From a virus (Duplodnaviria; Heunggongvirae; Uroviricota; Caudoviricetes), in IMG/VR virus record IMGVR_UViG_2526164628_000013: DNA of 13,370 bases; one strand, written 5' to 3'. Position 1 is the first letter of the stretch; every line of letters starts with the position of its first letter. Below the pieces are notes generated by a model. The model had not been told where the DNA came from. It saw only the letters and a program-made list of their open reading frames with translations, and searched no databases. Of this stretch, positions 1 to 6,764 are shown one piece after another. Position numbers and translations under genes: made by a program.

Positions 1-201
1 ATGCTGAACGATTTAGGCGTGGATCCGCATATTGTCGAACAACTCACCGCTCACCAGATGCCAGGGATGCAGCGAGTCTATAACCACTCCCGTTATCTCG
101 ATGCGAAACGTAATGCGCTGGACATGTGGACAGAGCGGTTAGAGATACTGGCGGGTACTCACAAAAACGTAACCACACTGCCAATAGCCAGAGAAATATA
201 A
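1..201 (+). CDS. int: Tyrosine integrase, C-terminal fragment (gene starts upstream of window)
   Basis: ORF 1..201 ends ...QRVYNHSRYLDAKRNALDMWTERLEIL, the pattern of a tyrosine recombinase C-terminus with the catalytic Tyr; followed by an AlpA-like gene as in P4/CP4-57-type islands. Partial, so family call is inference. Confidence 0.7.
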   Translation: MLNDLGVDPHIVEQLTAHQMPGMQRVYNHSRYLDAKRNALDMWTERLEILAGTHKNVTTLPIAREI

Positions 202-228
202 TTTTTTTTGCGATTTTTTAGAACTGAC

Positions 229-288
229 ACAACGTGAAACAACGAGACACCACGACGAACAACGGCGAACAATCTGGAACAAACTTGA
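229..288. repeat. Six tandem 10-bp A/C-rich repeats (ACAACGTGAA, ACAACGAGAC, ACCACGACGA, ACAACGGCGA, ACAATCTGGA, ACAAACTTGA)
   Basis: Read directly: ACAACG-like hexamer recurs at 229, 239, 249, 259, 269, 279, an exact 10-bp period, in the int-alpA intergenic region. Confidence 0.8.
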
Positions 289-433
289 TTAACATCTGAC
301 TGACACCCTAAAAAGTTGATTTTCAGTCGTTTTACTGGCTTTTTGTACATTGGCGAATCACTCTTAAAAACATGTAAAAAAGGCGTAAAAACAGAATTTT
401 ATGCCTTTGCACCACAATGAATTAAAAGAGTTT

Positions 434-462
434 TTATTCTCATTACCACACTTCTGTAAAAT
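434..462 (+). promoter_or_regulatory. Candidate sigma70-like promoter upstream of alpA (TTATTC -17 bp- TAAAAT)
   Basis: -35-like TTATTC at 434-439 and -10-like TAAAAT at 457-462 with a 17-bp spacer; motif match only. Confidence 0.2.
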
Positions 463-568
463 GACCGCCGCCAGTGTTTGCCATTCCATAAACACCCTGA
501 CACAATCCGACGCACCACAACACAATAGGACACCAAATAACTCTTTAAGAAATATCAAAGGGGGAATT

Positions 569-757
569 GTGTTAAGCACAGATCGCTTTATACGTGAAAA
601 AGAATGTCAGCAACTTACAGGCCTGAGCCGTTCATGTCGGTACCGCCTGGAAAAAACCGGACAATTCCCATCACGGCGTAAGCTCGGCGGTCGTTCCGTT
701 GGCTGGTCTTTATCCGAAGTTCTGGCATGGAAGGAAAGCTGCGAGGCAGTTCACTAA
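569..757 (+). CDS. alpA: AlpA-family phage regulatory protein (winged-helix, Xis-like)
   Basis: C-terminal part of ORF 401..757 reads ...LTGLSRSCRYRLEKTGQFPSRRKLGGRSVGWSLSEVLAWKE, matching the AlpA pattern. GTG at 569 is preceded by SD AAAGGGG (557-564); this gives ~62 aa, typical AlpA size. The longer 401 start is judged an artefactual extension. Confidence 0.75.
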   Translation: MLSTDRFIREKECQQLTGLSRSCRYRLEKTGQFPSRRKLGGRSVGWSLSEVLAWKESCEAVH

Positions 758-809
758 TCAGGCTGGCGGCACACCGCCGCCACCCATCCACTAATACAGA
801 GATCTAACC

Positions 810-2000
810 ATGAATACTGGATATTCTCCCGAACAAGGGCGGGGCTTCGTTCGTCCTGAAAAACAGAATCTGCAAAATTTTGCCGAAATTATTCCGGTTA
901 TTTCCGGCCTTACTGGCGGGAGTGAAACCAATATTGTTAACGCCAGAGCGTTGCAGATGTTTGATGATAAAAAGGGAGTAAATTTAACTTACACCCCTGA
1001 CGGCAATCAGAATATGAGCATTATCTCTGAGTCAGGTTTCTACAAACTAATAAAAACAAAAAGCGCCCCGTTCCCGGAGCGCCTTTGTGAACAATTAACC
1101 TACTGCGCAAAAAATGAATCTGAGCAGTGGGATTATATCAACCGTGTGGCGAAGCGCCACAATTGCCGGATAACAGGCAAAACAAAGGCCACCCGCTACG
1201 GTGGCCCCTCGACACAAGCTACACGTTATCCCCAACGCATGAGCATCACCAACAATGCCACATTTGCGGCTGGTGGGCAATGTGATCAGTCAGATTTGGT
1301 TCGTTCCAAGGTTTGCAACGAGAGCTTTTTCCTGTGCTCTTTAAGGAATTTCTCAAGAGCAAAAGCACATGGCGCGAATCTTTCTGATTCATGCTCTATC
1401 TTTCTGCGCCGTCTTTTCCGTGCCGGTGATAATGTTTTGGTCAATTCTTTATCGGTCATTGTGTTGTCCTGCATAGCAATGCGCCGTAATACCTTACACC
1501 ACGGCGCTGATGGTGATTACTCTGGTTCTTTGGTCTTGCGACGCTGGAGTTCTTCGCGTGCAACGGTGACAAGCTGCCCGATTTCTTCCGCTGCTTTGAT
1601 GCCGATTTGTTCGACCTTAGCCAGGGCATCCAGTGACGACACAAGGGGATTTTCTCCGCTGCCTTCTGCTTGGCGGCGGGCTATTTCTCCGCGCATGGCG
1701 GTTACGATAAATCCGGCATTGCTTTCGCCGTCCAGCTTAACGGATTCCATCCCTTGCATAACATCTAGTGGGACTCTGACAGTTGTCAGTTGTGATTTTG
1801 CGTTTTTGTTAGCCGTTGCCATTTCTGAAACTCCTAATCATCGGTGTGTTTCAGTATACACAAAAAAAGAAATACAAAAAGCCTTGACGTGTGTTTCATG
1901 CGCTCATAACATGAAACACACCAAAAGAATTGTTGAAATACAAAGAGCAACGCCCCGCAGTGCCGGAAACACATACGGGGCGTCTAACCACCAACGATAG
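810..2000 (+). CDS. Hypothetical ORF; only the first ~155 codons (810..~1280) look protein-like, the rest is an open frame antisense to minus-strand genes and an operator region
   Basis: 396-codon open frame. N-terminal part has balanced composition; from ~1280 the translation becomes S/L/R/C-rich, typical of antisense reading, and it overlaps the RHH-like gene (1517..1822) which has a strong SD. Weak SD at 810. Confidence 0.3.
   Translation: MNTGYSPEQGRGFVRPEKQNLQNFAEIIPVISGLTGGSETNIVNARALQMFDDKKGVNLTYTPDGNQNMSIISESGFYKLIKTKSAPFPERLCEQLTYCAKNESEQWDYINRVAKRHNCRITGKTKATRYGGPSTQATRYPQRMSITNNATFAAGGQCDQSDLVRSKVCNESFFLCSLRNFSRAKAHGANLSDSCSIFLRRLFRAGDNVLVNSLSVIVLSCIAMRRNTLHHGADGDYSGSLVLRRWSSSRATVTSCPISSAALMPICSTLARASSDDTRGFSPLPSAWRRAISPRMAVTINPALLSPSSLTDSIPCITSSGTLTVVSCDFAFLLAVAISETPNHRCVSVYTKKEIQKALTCVSCAHNMKHTKRIVEIQRATPRSAGNTYGASNHQR
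1286..1459 (-). CDS. Small basic hypothetical protein (MTDKELTKTLSPARKRRRRKIEHES...)
   Basis: Minus-strand ORF downstream of the RHH-like gene; internal ATG at 1459 has AGGA 7 nt upstream; K/R-rich. Could be spurious. Confidence 0.3.
   Translation of the reverse strand: MTDKELTKTLSPARKRRRRKIEHESERFAPCAFALEKFLKEHRKKLSLQTLERTKSD
1517..1822 (-). CDS. Putative small DNA-binding regulator (possibly ribbon-helix-helix), divergent from the rightward operon
   Basis: 101-aa ORF with protein-like composition; ATG at 1822 preceded on the minus strand by AGGAG with 8-nt spacer; its upstream region carries the palindromic operator at 1889-1921. Fold assignment is inference. Confidence 0.6.
   Translation of the reverse strand: MATANKNAKSQLTTVRVPLDVMQGMESVKLDGESNAGFIVTAMRGEIARRQAEGSGENPLVSSLDALAKVEQIGIKAAEEIGQLVTVAREELQRRKTKEPE
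1884..1921 (+). promoter_or_regulatory. Rightward promoter (TTGACG -17- TAACAT) overlapped by a perfect 12-bp inverted repeat operator
   Basis: TTGACG 1884-1889, TAACAT 1907-1912. GTGTGTTTCATG (1889-1900) and CATGAAACACAC (1910-1921) are exact reverse complements with a 9-bp spacer; a third half-site GTGTGTTTCA lies at 1844-1853. Confidence 0.5.
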
Positions 2001-2019
2001 CAAGATTATCGAGGCTGCT

Positions 2020-2226
2020 ATGAGAAATCATACCATACACCCGCAAGGGCGGGACTCGCACAACCTGAATAAATACATCTGGCGTTTTATCGCCCTGAGT
2101 ACGGCACAACCGCGCGTGATTACCATTGAGGCCACCAGCGAACAGGAAGCCCGTCAGCAATCACCGGCTGGCTGCGTGATGGTATTCGCCGCCCGTATTC
2201 GTCAGGGGGTGCACCATGTGCAATAA
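2020..2226 (+). CDS. Small hypothetical protein, first gene of the rightward operon (weak resemblance to Icd/Ash-like proteins of P4-type islands, unverified)
   Basis: ATG 2020 preceded by GAGG (2011-2014); MRNHTIHPQGRDSHNLNKYIWRFIALSTAQPRVITIEATSEQEARQQSPAGCVMVFAARI... Family call from memory only. Confidence 0.45.
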   Translation: MRNHTIHPQGRDSHNLNKYIWRFIALSTAQPRVITIEATSEQEARQQSPAGCVMVFAARIRQGVHHVQ

Positions 2227-2476
2227 CACCCGTCCGGACGCAGCCGCCGAAGCAATCAAAACACTGATTGATGCGCTGATTGATATTTCTGTTATCGCGG
2301 ACAGGGCGCATAAGCACGCTACCAGTGAAACAGAATATGCCGGGGCTTTCGTTCCTCATTCGCTGGCGGTTATGCAACTTAGTGCGGATATGGCGCTGAA
2401 TGAGGCCAAAGCCATCCTGATTGCTGATTGTGAAAATGGGGGGGGGTTATGCGTGATGATCGTTTTAATTCCCTGA
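2216..2476 (+). CDS. Hypothetical small protein
   Basis: ATG 2216 with AGGGGG SD 6 nt upstream; start overlaps the preceding stop; ends across the G9 tract. Confidence 0.4.
   Translation: MCNNTRPDAAAEAIKTLIDALIDISVIADRAHKHATSETEYAGAFVPHSLAVMQLSADMALNEAKAILIADCENGGGLCVMIVLIP
2438..2446. repeat. G9 homopolymer tract at the junction of two overlapping ORFs
   Basis: Nine consecutive G read directly at 2438-2446; encodes GGG in ORF 2216..2476 and sits 2 nt upstream of ATG 2449. Confidence 0.9.
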
Positions 2477-2682
2477 AACAGGAATTTTCCGGCGTTCCTG
2501 ATGATGCGGCTGATGCGCTTTCGTCAATGCCAGAGCTTATTAGAGCGGCTTTTTTCTTACTTTCCACGAGAGAATATAAATCAACGGGGCTTGATGTACT
2601 GAATATCGCCGCCGATTATGCGGAATATGTGGCAGAGGCGCGTTACAGAAGAAAATTTCCTGAGGATGTAAGCCATGCGTGA
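2449..2682 (+). CDS. Hypothetical small protein
   Basis: ATG 2449 immediately downstream of the G-rich tract (SD-like); overlaps neighbours at both ends. Confidence 0.4.
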   Translation: MRDDRFNSLKQEFSGVPDDAADALSSMPELIRAAFFLLSTREYKSTGLDVLNIAADYAEYVAEARYRRKFPEDVSHA

Positions 2683-2908
2683 TATTTACCACGAAACAAT
2701 AGACCGCGCATTTCTTGCACTTTCTCACAGTGAAAACATGCTGGAAATATTGCGCATATGGCTTGAAACACTTGGCGACAATGAACGCGACAAACAAAAA
2801 TCAAGAATTGCCACGGCATTAATAACGCTTCTTGAGCCTGTAATAATGGAACTGCAAGAAATAGATCTATTGCACGACAGATATAAAGAACAGCACACCG
2901 GAGAATAA
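2675..2908 (+). CDS. Hypothetical small protein (predicted helical)
   Basis: ATG 2675 overlaps the previous stop; GAGGA 8 nt upstream. Confidence 0.4.
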   Translation: MRDIYHETIDRAFLALSHSENMLEILRIWLETLGDNERDKQKSRIATALITLLEPVIMELQEIDLLHDRYKEQHTGE

Positions 2909-2913
2909 AAATA

Positions 2914-3213
2914 ATGAAACTTAAATATTCTGGCTTAACTGCCAGTGGCAACACTCACCCTAAATTTACGCGCGGTGATATTTACCGCGACCAGTACGGC
3001 GGCACGGTAATGATTAAGGGCGTGGAAGAACGGCGCGTAATCTACCGCCGTGAAGGTTACGAATATGATTGCGTGATGCCTGTTTATCAGTTCCGGTGTG
3101 ATTTTTCTCTGGTACAGACCGCGCCGCATAACGTGCCCACCAGCAACGCCAGGGCACGGGCAAACATCCAGAAGCTGAAAACCATGATTAACGGATTCAG
3201 GGGCAAGAAATGA
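2914..3213 (+). CDS. Hypothetical small protein immediately upstream of and overlapping the replication helicase gene
   Basis: ATG 2914; stop overlaps ATG 3210 of the next gene (ATGA-type coupling). Confidence 0.45.
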   Translation: MKLKYSGLTASGNTHPKFTRGDIYRDQYGGTVMIKGVEERRVIYRREGYEYDCVMPVYQFRCDFSLVQTAPHNVPTSNARARANIQKLKTMINGFRGKK

Positions 3214-4625
3214 AAAGCGCACCGAACTTAAAAAAACAGCCTTACGACAAAATGACCGAAGTCATTATTTTTGCGGGTAGTGATGCCTGGGCGCACGCGA
3301 AACAATGGCAGGAGCAGGACGGGCGACTTGCTGGCGACAATGTTCCGCCTGTATGGCTGGGAGACAGCCAGCTTGACGAACTGGCAGGCCTGAAAATTAT
3401 CGACGATGGTCGCTATTGTGTCCGACTGTACAAGGCAGGCCACATCAAGCCGTCAAATATTAATGCCATCGGGCAAAAGCTGGCGGCGGCAGGTGTACGG
3501 GATGCGAATTATTACCCTGAGGGAATGCACAGTCAGAAGCTGGAGAACTGGCACGACTACCTGCAACGGATCCGCGAACAGGCAGAGCGCGGGGAAATAC
3601 TTACTGACGAGCAATACAGCCAGCGAAAAACCACGCTACCAATGAGCATTGGATCTGCAGGGTACGACACACAGCTTGATTATGTCGTTAAGGGCGTGAT
3701 TCCGGCTAATTCATTGTGCAGCACATACGGCGCGAGCGGTTCCTATAAATCGTTCCTCGCGTGTTCCTGGGCGTGTCATGTTGCCACGGGTCGCCACTGG
3801 GGAGGTCGCAGGGTGGCGCATGGTTCGGTGATGTATGTTGTCGGTGAAGGTGGCATTGGTGTCCCCCGCCGTATCAAGGCATGGGAAATCGTTAATGATG
3901 AACGGGTGAAAAATCTGTACCTGGTAAACCGCCCGATTTTTCCTGCAGCCCAGTTTGATGTTGATGAAATGGTTATCGCATCCCGCCAGGTTGAACGGGA
4001 AACGGGTAAACCGGTACGCATGATTATTCTGGATACGCTGGCGCGTTGCTTTGGCGGTAATGATGAAAATGACGCGCGGGATATGGGGGCGTTTATCCGT
4101 GGATGTGACGAACTGAAACGACGCACAGGGGCCACGGTGCTGGTGGTTCACCATTCCGGCAAGGATGAAACAAAAGGGGCGCGTGGTTCCAGTGCATTTC
4201 GTGCATCTCTGGACGCTGAGTACCGGATCCGCCGCGAAGGCGCGGACAGTGAGGCCCTGGTTATCTCCTGCACCAAAATGAAGGACGCGGAGGAACTGAA
4301 AGAGGCTGCATATGATTTACGTGTGGTGGAGCTTTTTACCGACGCTGACAAGGAGTTAATCACGTCGCTGGTGGTTGTGGATAAGCCGCGCCCACCCGTT
4401 GAACTGGAGCGCATCGAGGAGGCCGGAAACAAGACGGAGAATCACGCCGCACTATGGGGCTGTATCCGGTCACGCACACAGCGCGGCGATAAATGCACTA
4501 TCCCGTTGTTGCGCGATGATATGAAAAAGCTGGGGTATGAGATGAAAAACTTCCGGCGCTGGCTGTACAAGCTGGAAAGAGACGGCGTTATCGCTATTGA
4601 CGGTGATGATGTGCGCCCACTGTAA
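3210..4625 (+). CDS. Replication protein: RepA/DnaB-like P-loop helicase (satellite/PICI pri-rep-like) with C-terminal winged-helix-like tail
   Basis: 471 aa. Walker A-like YGASGSYKS, RecA-fold signatures MIILDTLARCFGG and VLVVHHSGKD; basic C-terminal ~60 aa plausibly DNA-binding. Iteron array begins at its stop codon. Confidence 0.75.
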   Translation: MKSAPNLKKQPYDKMTEVIIFAGSDAWAHAKQWQEQDGRLAGDNVPPVWLGDSQLDELAGLKIIDDGRYCVRLYKAGHIKPSNINAIGQKLAAAGVRDANYYPEGMHSQKLENWHDYLQRIREQAERGEILTDEQYSQRKTTLPMSIGSAGYDTQLDYVVKGVIPANSLCSTYGASGSYKSFLACSWACHVATGRHWGGRRVAHGSVMYVVGEGGIGVPRRIKAWEIVNDERVKNLYLVNRPIFPAAQFDVDEMVIASRQVERETGKPVRMIILDTLARCFGGNDENDARDMGAFIRGCDELKRRTGATVLVVHHSGKDETKGARGSSAFRASLDAEYRIRREGADSEALVISCTKMKDAEELKEAAYDLRVVELFTDADKELITSLVVVDKPRPPVELERIEEAGNKTENHAALWGCIRSRTQRGDKCTIPLLRDDMKKLGYEMKNFRRWLYKLERDGVIAIDGDDVRPL

Positions 4626-4826
4626 AAAGTGAGGCGCAAAAGTGAGGGGATAGCAGGAACTGAACAAAAAGCAACCGCGCCCCTCACTTTTCAATCTGTA
4701 TATAGGCTCAAAAGTGAGGAATAAAAAACACATTGAAAAACAACATATTAGAATCACAAAAAAACAAGGTTGGAAATCATGTGGGGAGCTTAAAAAGTGA
4801 GGCGAAAAAGTGGGGAGTAGTGGGGA
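4625..4826. repeat. Iteron array, putative replication origin: AAAAGTGAGG direct repeats plus one inverted copy and an AT-rich stretch
   Basis: AAAAGTGAGG at 4625, 4638, 4710, 4793; variant AAAAGTGGGG at 4806; inverted copy CCTCACTTTT at 4682-4691; AT-rich 4720-4770. Lies directly after the helicase gene. Confidence 0.6.
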
Positions 4827-5078
4827 ATGACCAGAAAAAGCAGAGATAAAACAGCACCAAAATATCGCGCATTAGACATGACAGAGCACGCCTTAAAGGT
4901 GGCAATCAGAACGATAGACCGCCACGCCGGAGAAGGATACGCGAAAGCGCATCCCGAACTGATAAGCGCATTCATGACCACGGCGGCGGCAAATTTTGCC
5001 ACACTGACAGAACGGGAGATTGCCGAAGCGGAACAGGTGACAACCATCAACGTTAAAACCGGAGAGCAGACAGCATGA
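4827..5078 (+). CDS. Hypothetical protein between ori and ssb
   Basis: 83-aa ORF; stop overlaps ATG of the SSB-like gene (ATGA at 5075-5078). Confidence 0.45.
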   Translation: MTRKSRDKTAPKYRALDMTEHALKVAIRTIDRHAGEGYAKAHPELISAFMTTAAANFATLTEREIAEAEQVTTINVKTGEQTA

Positions 5079-5497
5079 CAGCACAGATAGCGGCTTACGG
5101 GCGGCTGGTGGCTGACCCGCAGTTAAAGACCACCAGCAAGGGTACACAAATGACGATGGCGAGTATGGCGGTCCCACTTCCGTGCAGCCAGGCAGATGAC
5201 GGAACGGCGACGATGTGGTTATCCGTCCTGGCGTTTGGCAGACAGGCCGAAGCACTGGCAAAGCACCGCAAGGGTGAACTCCTGAGCGTGGCGGGTAACA
5301 TGCAGGTAAGCCAGTGGACAGGCCAGAACGGCGAAACGCGGCGGGGCTGGCAGGTTATCGCAGACAGCGTAATCAGTGCGCGAACGGCGCGACCGGGCGG
5401 CAAAAAAGGTCAGCAGGGGCAGGCCACTGACGCACTGAACAGGGCAAAACAACAGTCGGGGAATGATGATCCGTACGGCGATAATATACCGTTTTAA
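5075..5497 (+). CDS. ssb: Single-stranded DNA-binding protein-like (OB fold with acidic ...DDPYGDNIPF tail)
   Basis: 140 aa. N-terminal ~100 aa align by eye to E. coli SSB OB-fold segments (GRLVADPQL..., WLSVLAFGRQAEALAKHRKGELLSVAGNMQVSQWTGQNGETR...). C-terminus ends DNIPF, like the SSB DDDIPF tail. Confidence 0.65.
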   Translation: MTAQIAAYGRLVADPQLKTTSKGTQMTMASMAVPLPCSQADDGTATMWLSVLAFGRQAEALAKHRKGELLSVAGNMQVSQWTGQNGETRRGWQVIADSVISARTARPGGKKGQQGQATDALNRAKQQSGNDDPYGDNIPF

Positions 5498-5514
5498 ATT
5501 CTGCAAACAAAAAG

Positions 5515-5543
5515 ATGCCGGAAAAAAATAGATTTTCCGGCAT
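5515..5543. terminator. Perfect 11-bp stem hairpin (ATGCCGGAAAA / TTTTCCGGCAT, 7-nt loop) between replication and capsid modules
   Basis: Read directly. A U-tract follows the stem only on the minus-strand transcript; on the + strand an A-tract precedes it. Orientation ambiguous. Confidence 0.4.
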
Positions 5544-5714
5544 GCTACATAAATCCCGACCAAAGGAAGTAAATACATTAACACGAATTATCAGCACTGA
5601 AGTTGTCACGGCATATTTTATACAACATTGCACTTGGTTGCATGTATTCGCATAGCAGACATCGGTAATAGAATATATTCACAATTATTTGTAATGAATG
5701 TAAAGAGGATGAGT

Positions 5715-6755
5715 ATGGTTGATTTATATTCGCCTACACAGCTTGTGCAGGTGGCTAATGCTGAAGATGTGCAAAAAAAATTAAATGCGTTGTTTACCAG
5801 TTTGTTTTTCACTCGCTCGGTAATGTTTGAATCGAGAGACATTATTCTTGATACGATCGACGATCCAAATATCCCGATCGCGGCGTTTTGCTCTCCTATG
5901 GTGGGCAGTAAAGTTTCACGAGATGAGGGATACGAATCAAAAACAATTCGCCCTGGCTATATGAAACCGAAAAGCAGCATTGATCCAAATAAGTTAGCTG
6001 TGCGCCCTGCTGGTGTATCACCTGAACAATACAATGCTTTTGGGGCGCGTAATATTAAAGTTAAACAGGCGATTGTAAATCAGGCTAAAGCTATACGTGC
6101 ACGTATTGAATGGCTTGCTGTTCAGGCAATCACAACGGGGAAAAATATCATTGAGGGCGATGGTATTGAACGTTATGAACTGGACTGGAATATAAAACCA
6201 CAAAATATTATCACGCAGTCTGGCGGTGCTGAGTGGTCAGGTAAGGATAAAGAAACTTTTGATCCAAATGATGATATTGAGAGCTACGCAGAATTTAGTG
6301 AGGGCGTCACTAATATCATCATTATGGGCGGTAATGTATGGAAGAAATACCGTTCATTCAGAGCGATAAAAGAGGCTCTGGATACCCGCCGTGGTTCTAA
6401 TTCCGAACTGGAAACGGCCCTTAAAGACCTTGGTGATTCGGTGAGTTTTAAAGGGTATATGGGCGATGTTGCGATTGTTGTTTACAGCGGACGTTATACC
6501 GACGAGGACGGAACTGAAAAACATTTCCTTGATCCTGATTTGATGGTGCTTGGCAATACGGCTCTTCAGGGGATTGTCGCCTATGGCGGTATTCAGGATC
6601 CGGAGCTAACCCGAATGGGGCTGACTAAAGCCGAACTTGCACCGAAAAACTATATTGTGCCTGGTGATCCGGCTATTGAGTACGTACAAACGCACTCTGC
6701 ACCACAGCCAATACCGGCCCGCATCAATCGTTTTGTTACCGTTCGCATTGGCTAA
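5715..6755 (+). CDS. Major capsid protein, phage lambda gpE family
   Basis: Internal ATG 5715 with SD AAAGAGG (5702-5708). Long blocks match lambda gpE as recalled (NIITQSGGAEWSGKDKETFDPNDDIESYA..., AIKEALDTRRGSNSELETALKDLG..., YMGDVAIVVYSG..., MVLGNTA). About 346 aa. Confidence 0.85.
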   Translation: MVDLYSPTQLVQVANAEDVQKKLNALFTSLFFTRSVMFESRDIILDTIDDPNIPIAAFCSPMVGSKVSRDEGYESKTIRPGYMKPKSSIDPNKLAVRPAGVSPEQYNAFGARNIKVKQAIVNQAKAIRARIEWLAVQAITTGKNIIEGDGIERYELDWNIKPQNIITQSGGAEWSGKDKETFDPNDDIESYAEFSEGVTNIIIMGGNVWKKYRSFRAIKEALDTRRGSNSELETALKDLGDSVSFKGYMGDVAIVVYSGRYTDEDGTEKHFLDPDLMVLGNTALQGIVAYGGIQDPELTRMGLTKAELAPKNYIVPGDPAIEYVQTHSAPQPIPARINRFVTVRIG

Positions 6756-6764
6756 GGGGGAGCA

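Noticed and set aside
202-220. T8 and T6 runs just after the int stop codon as an intrinsic terminator
   Set aside because: No stable GC-rich hairpin immediately upstream; T-richness alone is insufficient.
401-568. Long N-terminal extension of the AlpA ORF (start at 401)
   Set aside because: AlpA-family proteins are ~60-70 aa; GTG 569 has a good SD and the upstream part has no AlpA-like sequence. Treated as upstream untranslated region.
159-579. Minus-strand ORFs 159..350 and 364..579 in the int-alpA intergenic region
   Set aside because: Low-complexity translations, no SD; they overlap the repeat array and the alpA start region. Likely spurious.
1095-1644. Minus-strand ORFs 1095..1280 and 1456..1644
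   Set aside because: Cys/Arg-rich junk-like translations; 1456..1644 overlaps the better-supported RHH-like gene in another frame.
2120-3443. Chain of minus-strand ORFs antisense to the rightward small-ORF operon and helicase start
   Set aside because: All lie opposite a consistent run of + strand ORFs with overlapping stop/starts and SD elements; compositions are typical antisense artefacts.
3406-4757. ORFs inside the helicase gene (3406..3645 +, 3711..4154 -, 3776..4135 -, 4148..4432 -, 4442..4687 -, 4470..4757 -)
   Set aside because: Nested in or antisense to a gene with clear P-loop helicase motifs; S/R/P-rich translations.
4625-4826. Possible CRISPR array, given the repeated AAAAGTGAGG motif
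   Set aside because: Repeats are only ~10 bp, irregularly spaced, include an inverted copy and lie in AT-rich DNA after a replication gene. That fits iterons, not a CRISPR repeat-spacer array.
4790-5633. Minus-strand ORFs antisense to the ori-proximal ORF and ssb
   Set aside because: Antisense to ORFs with better coding signal; no SD; Cys/Arg-rich.
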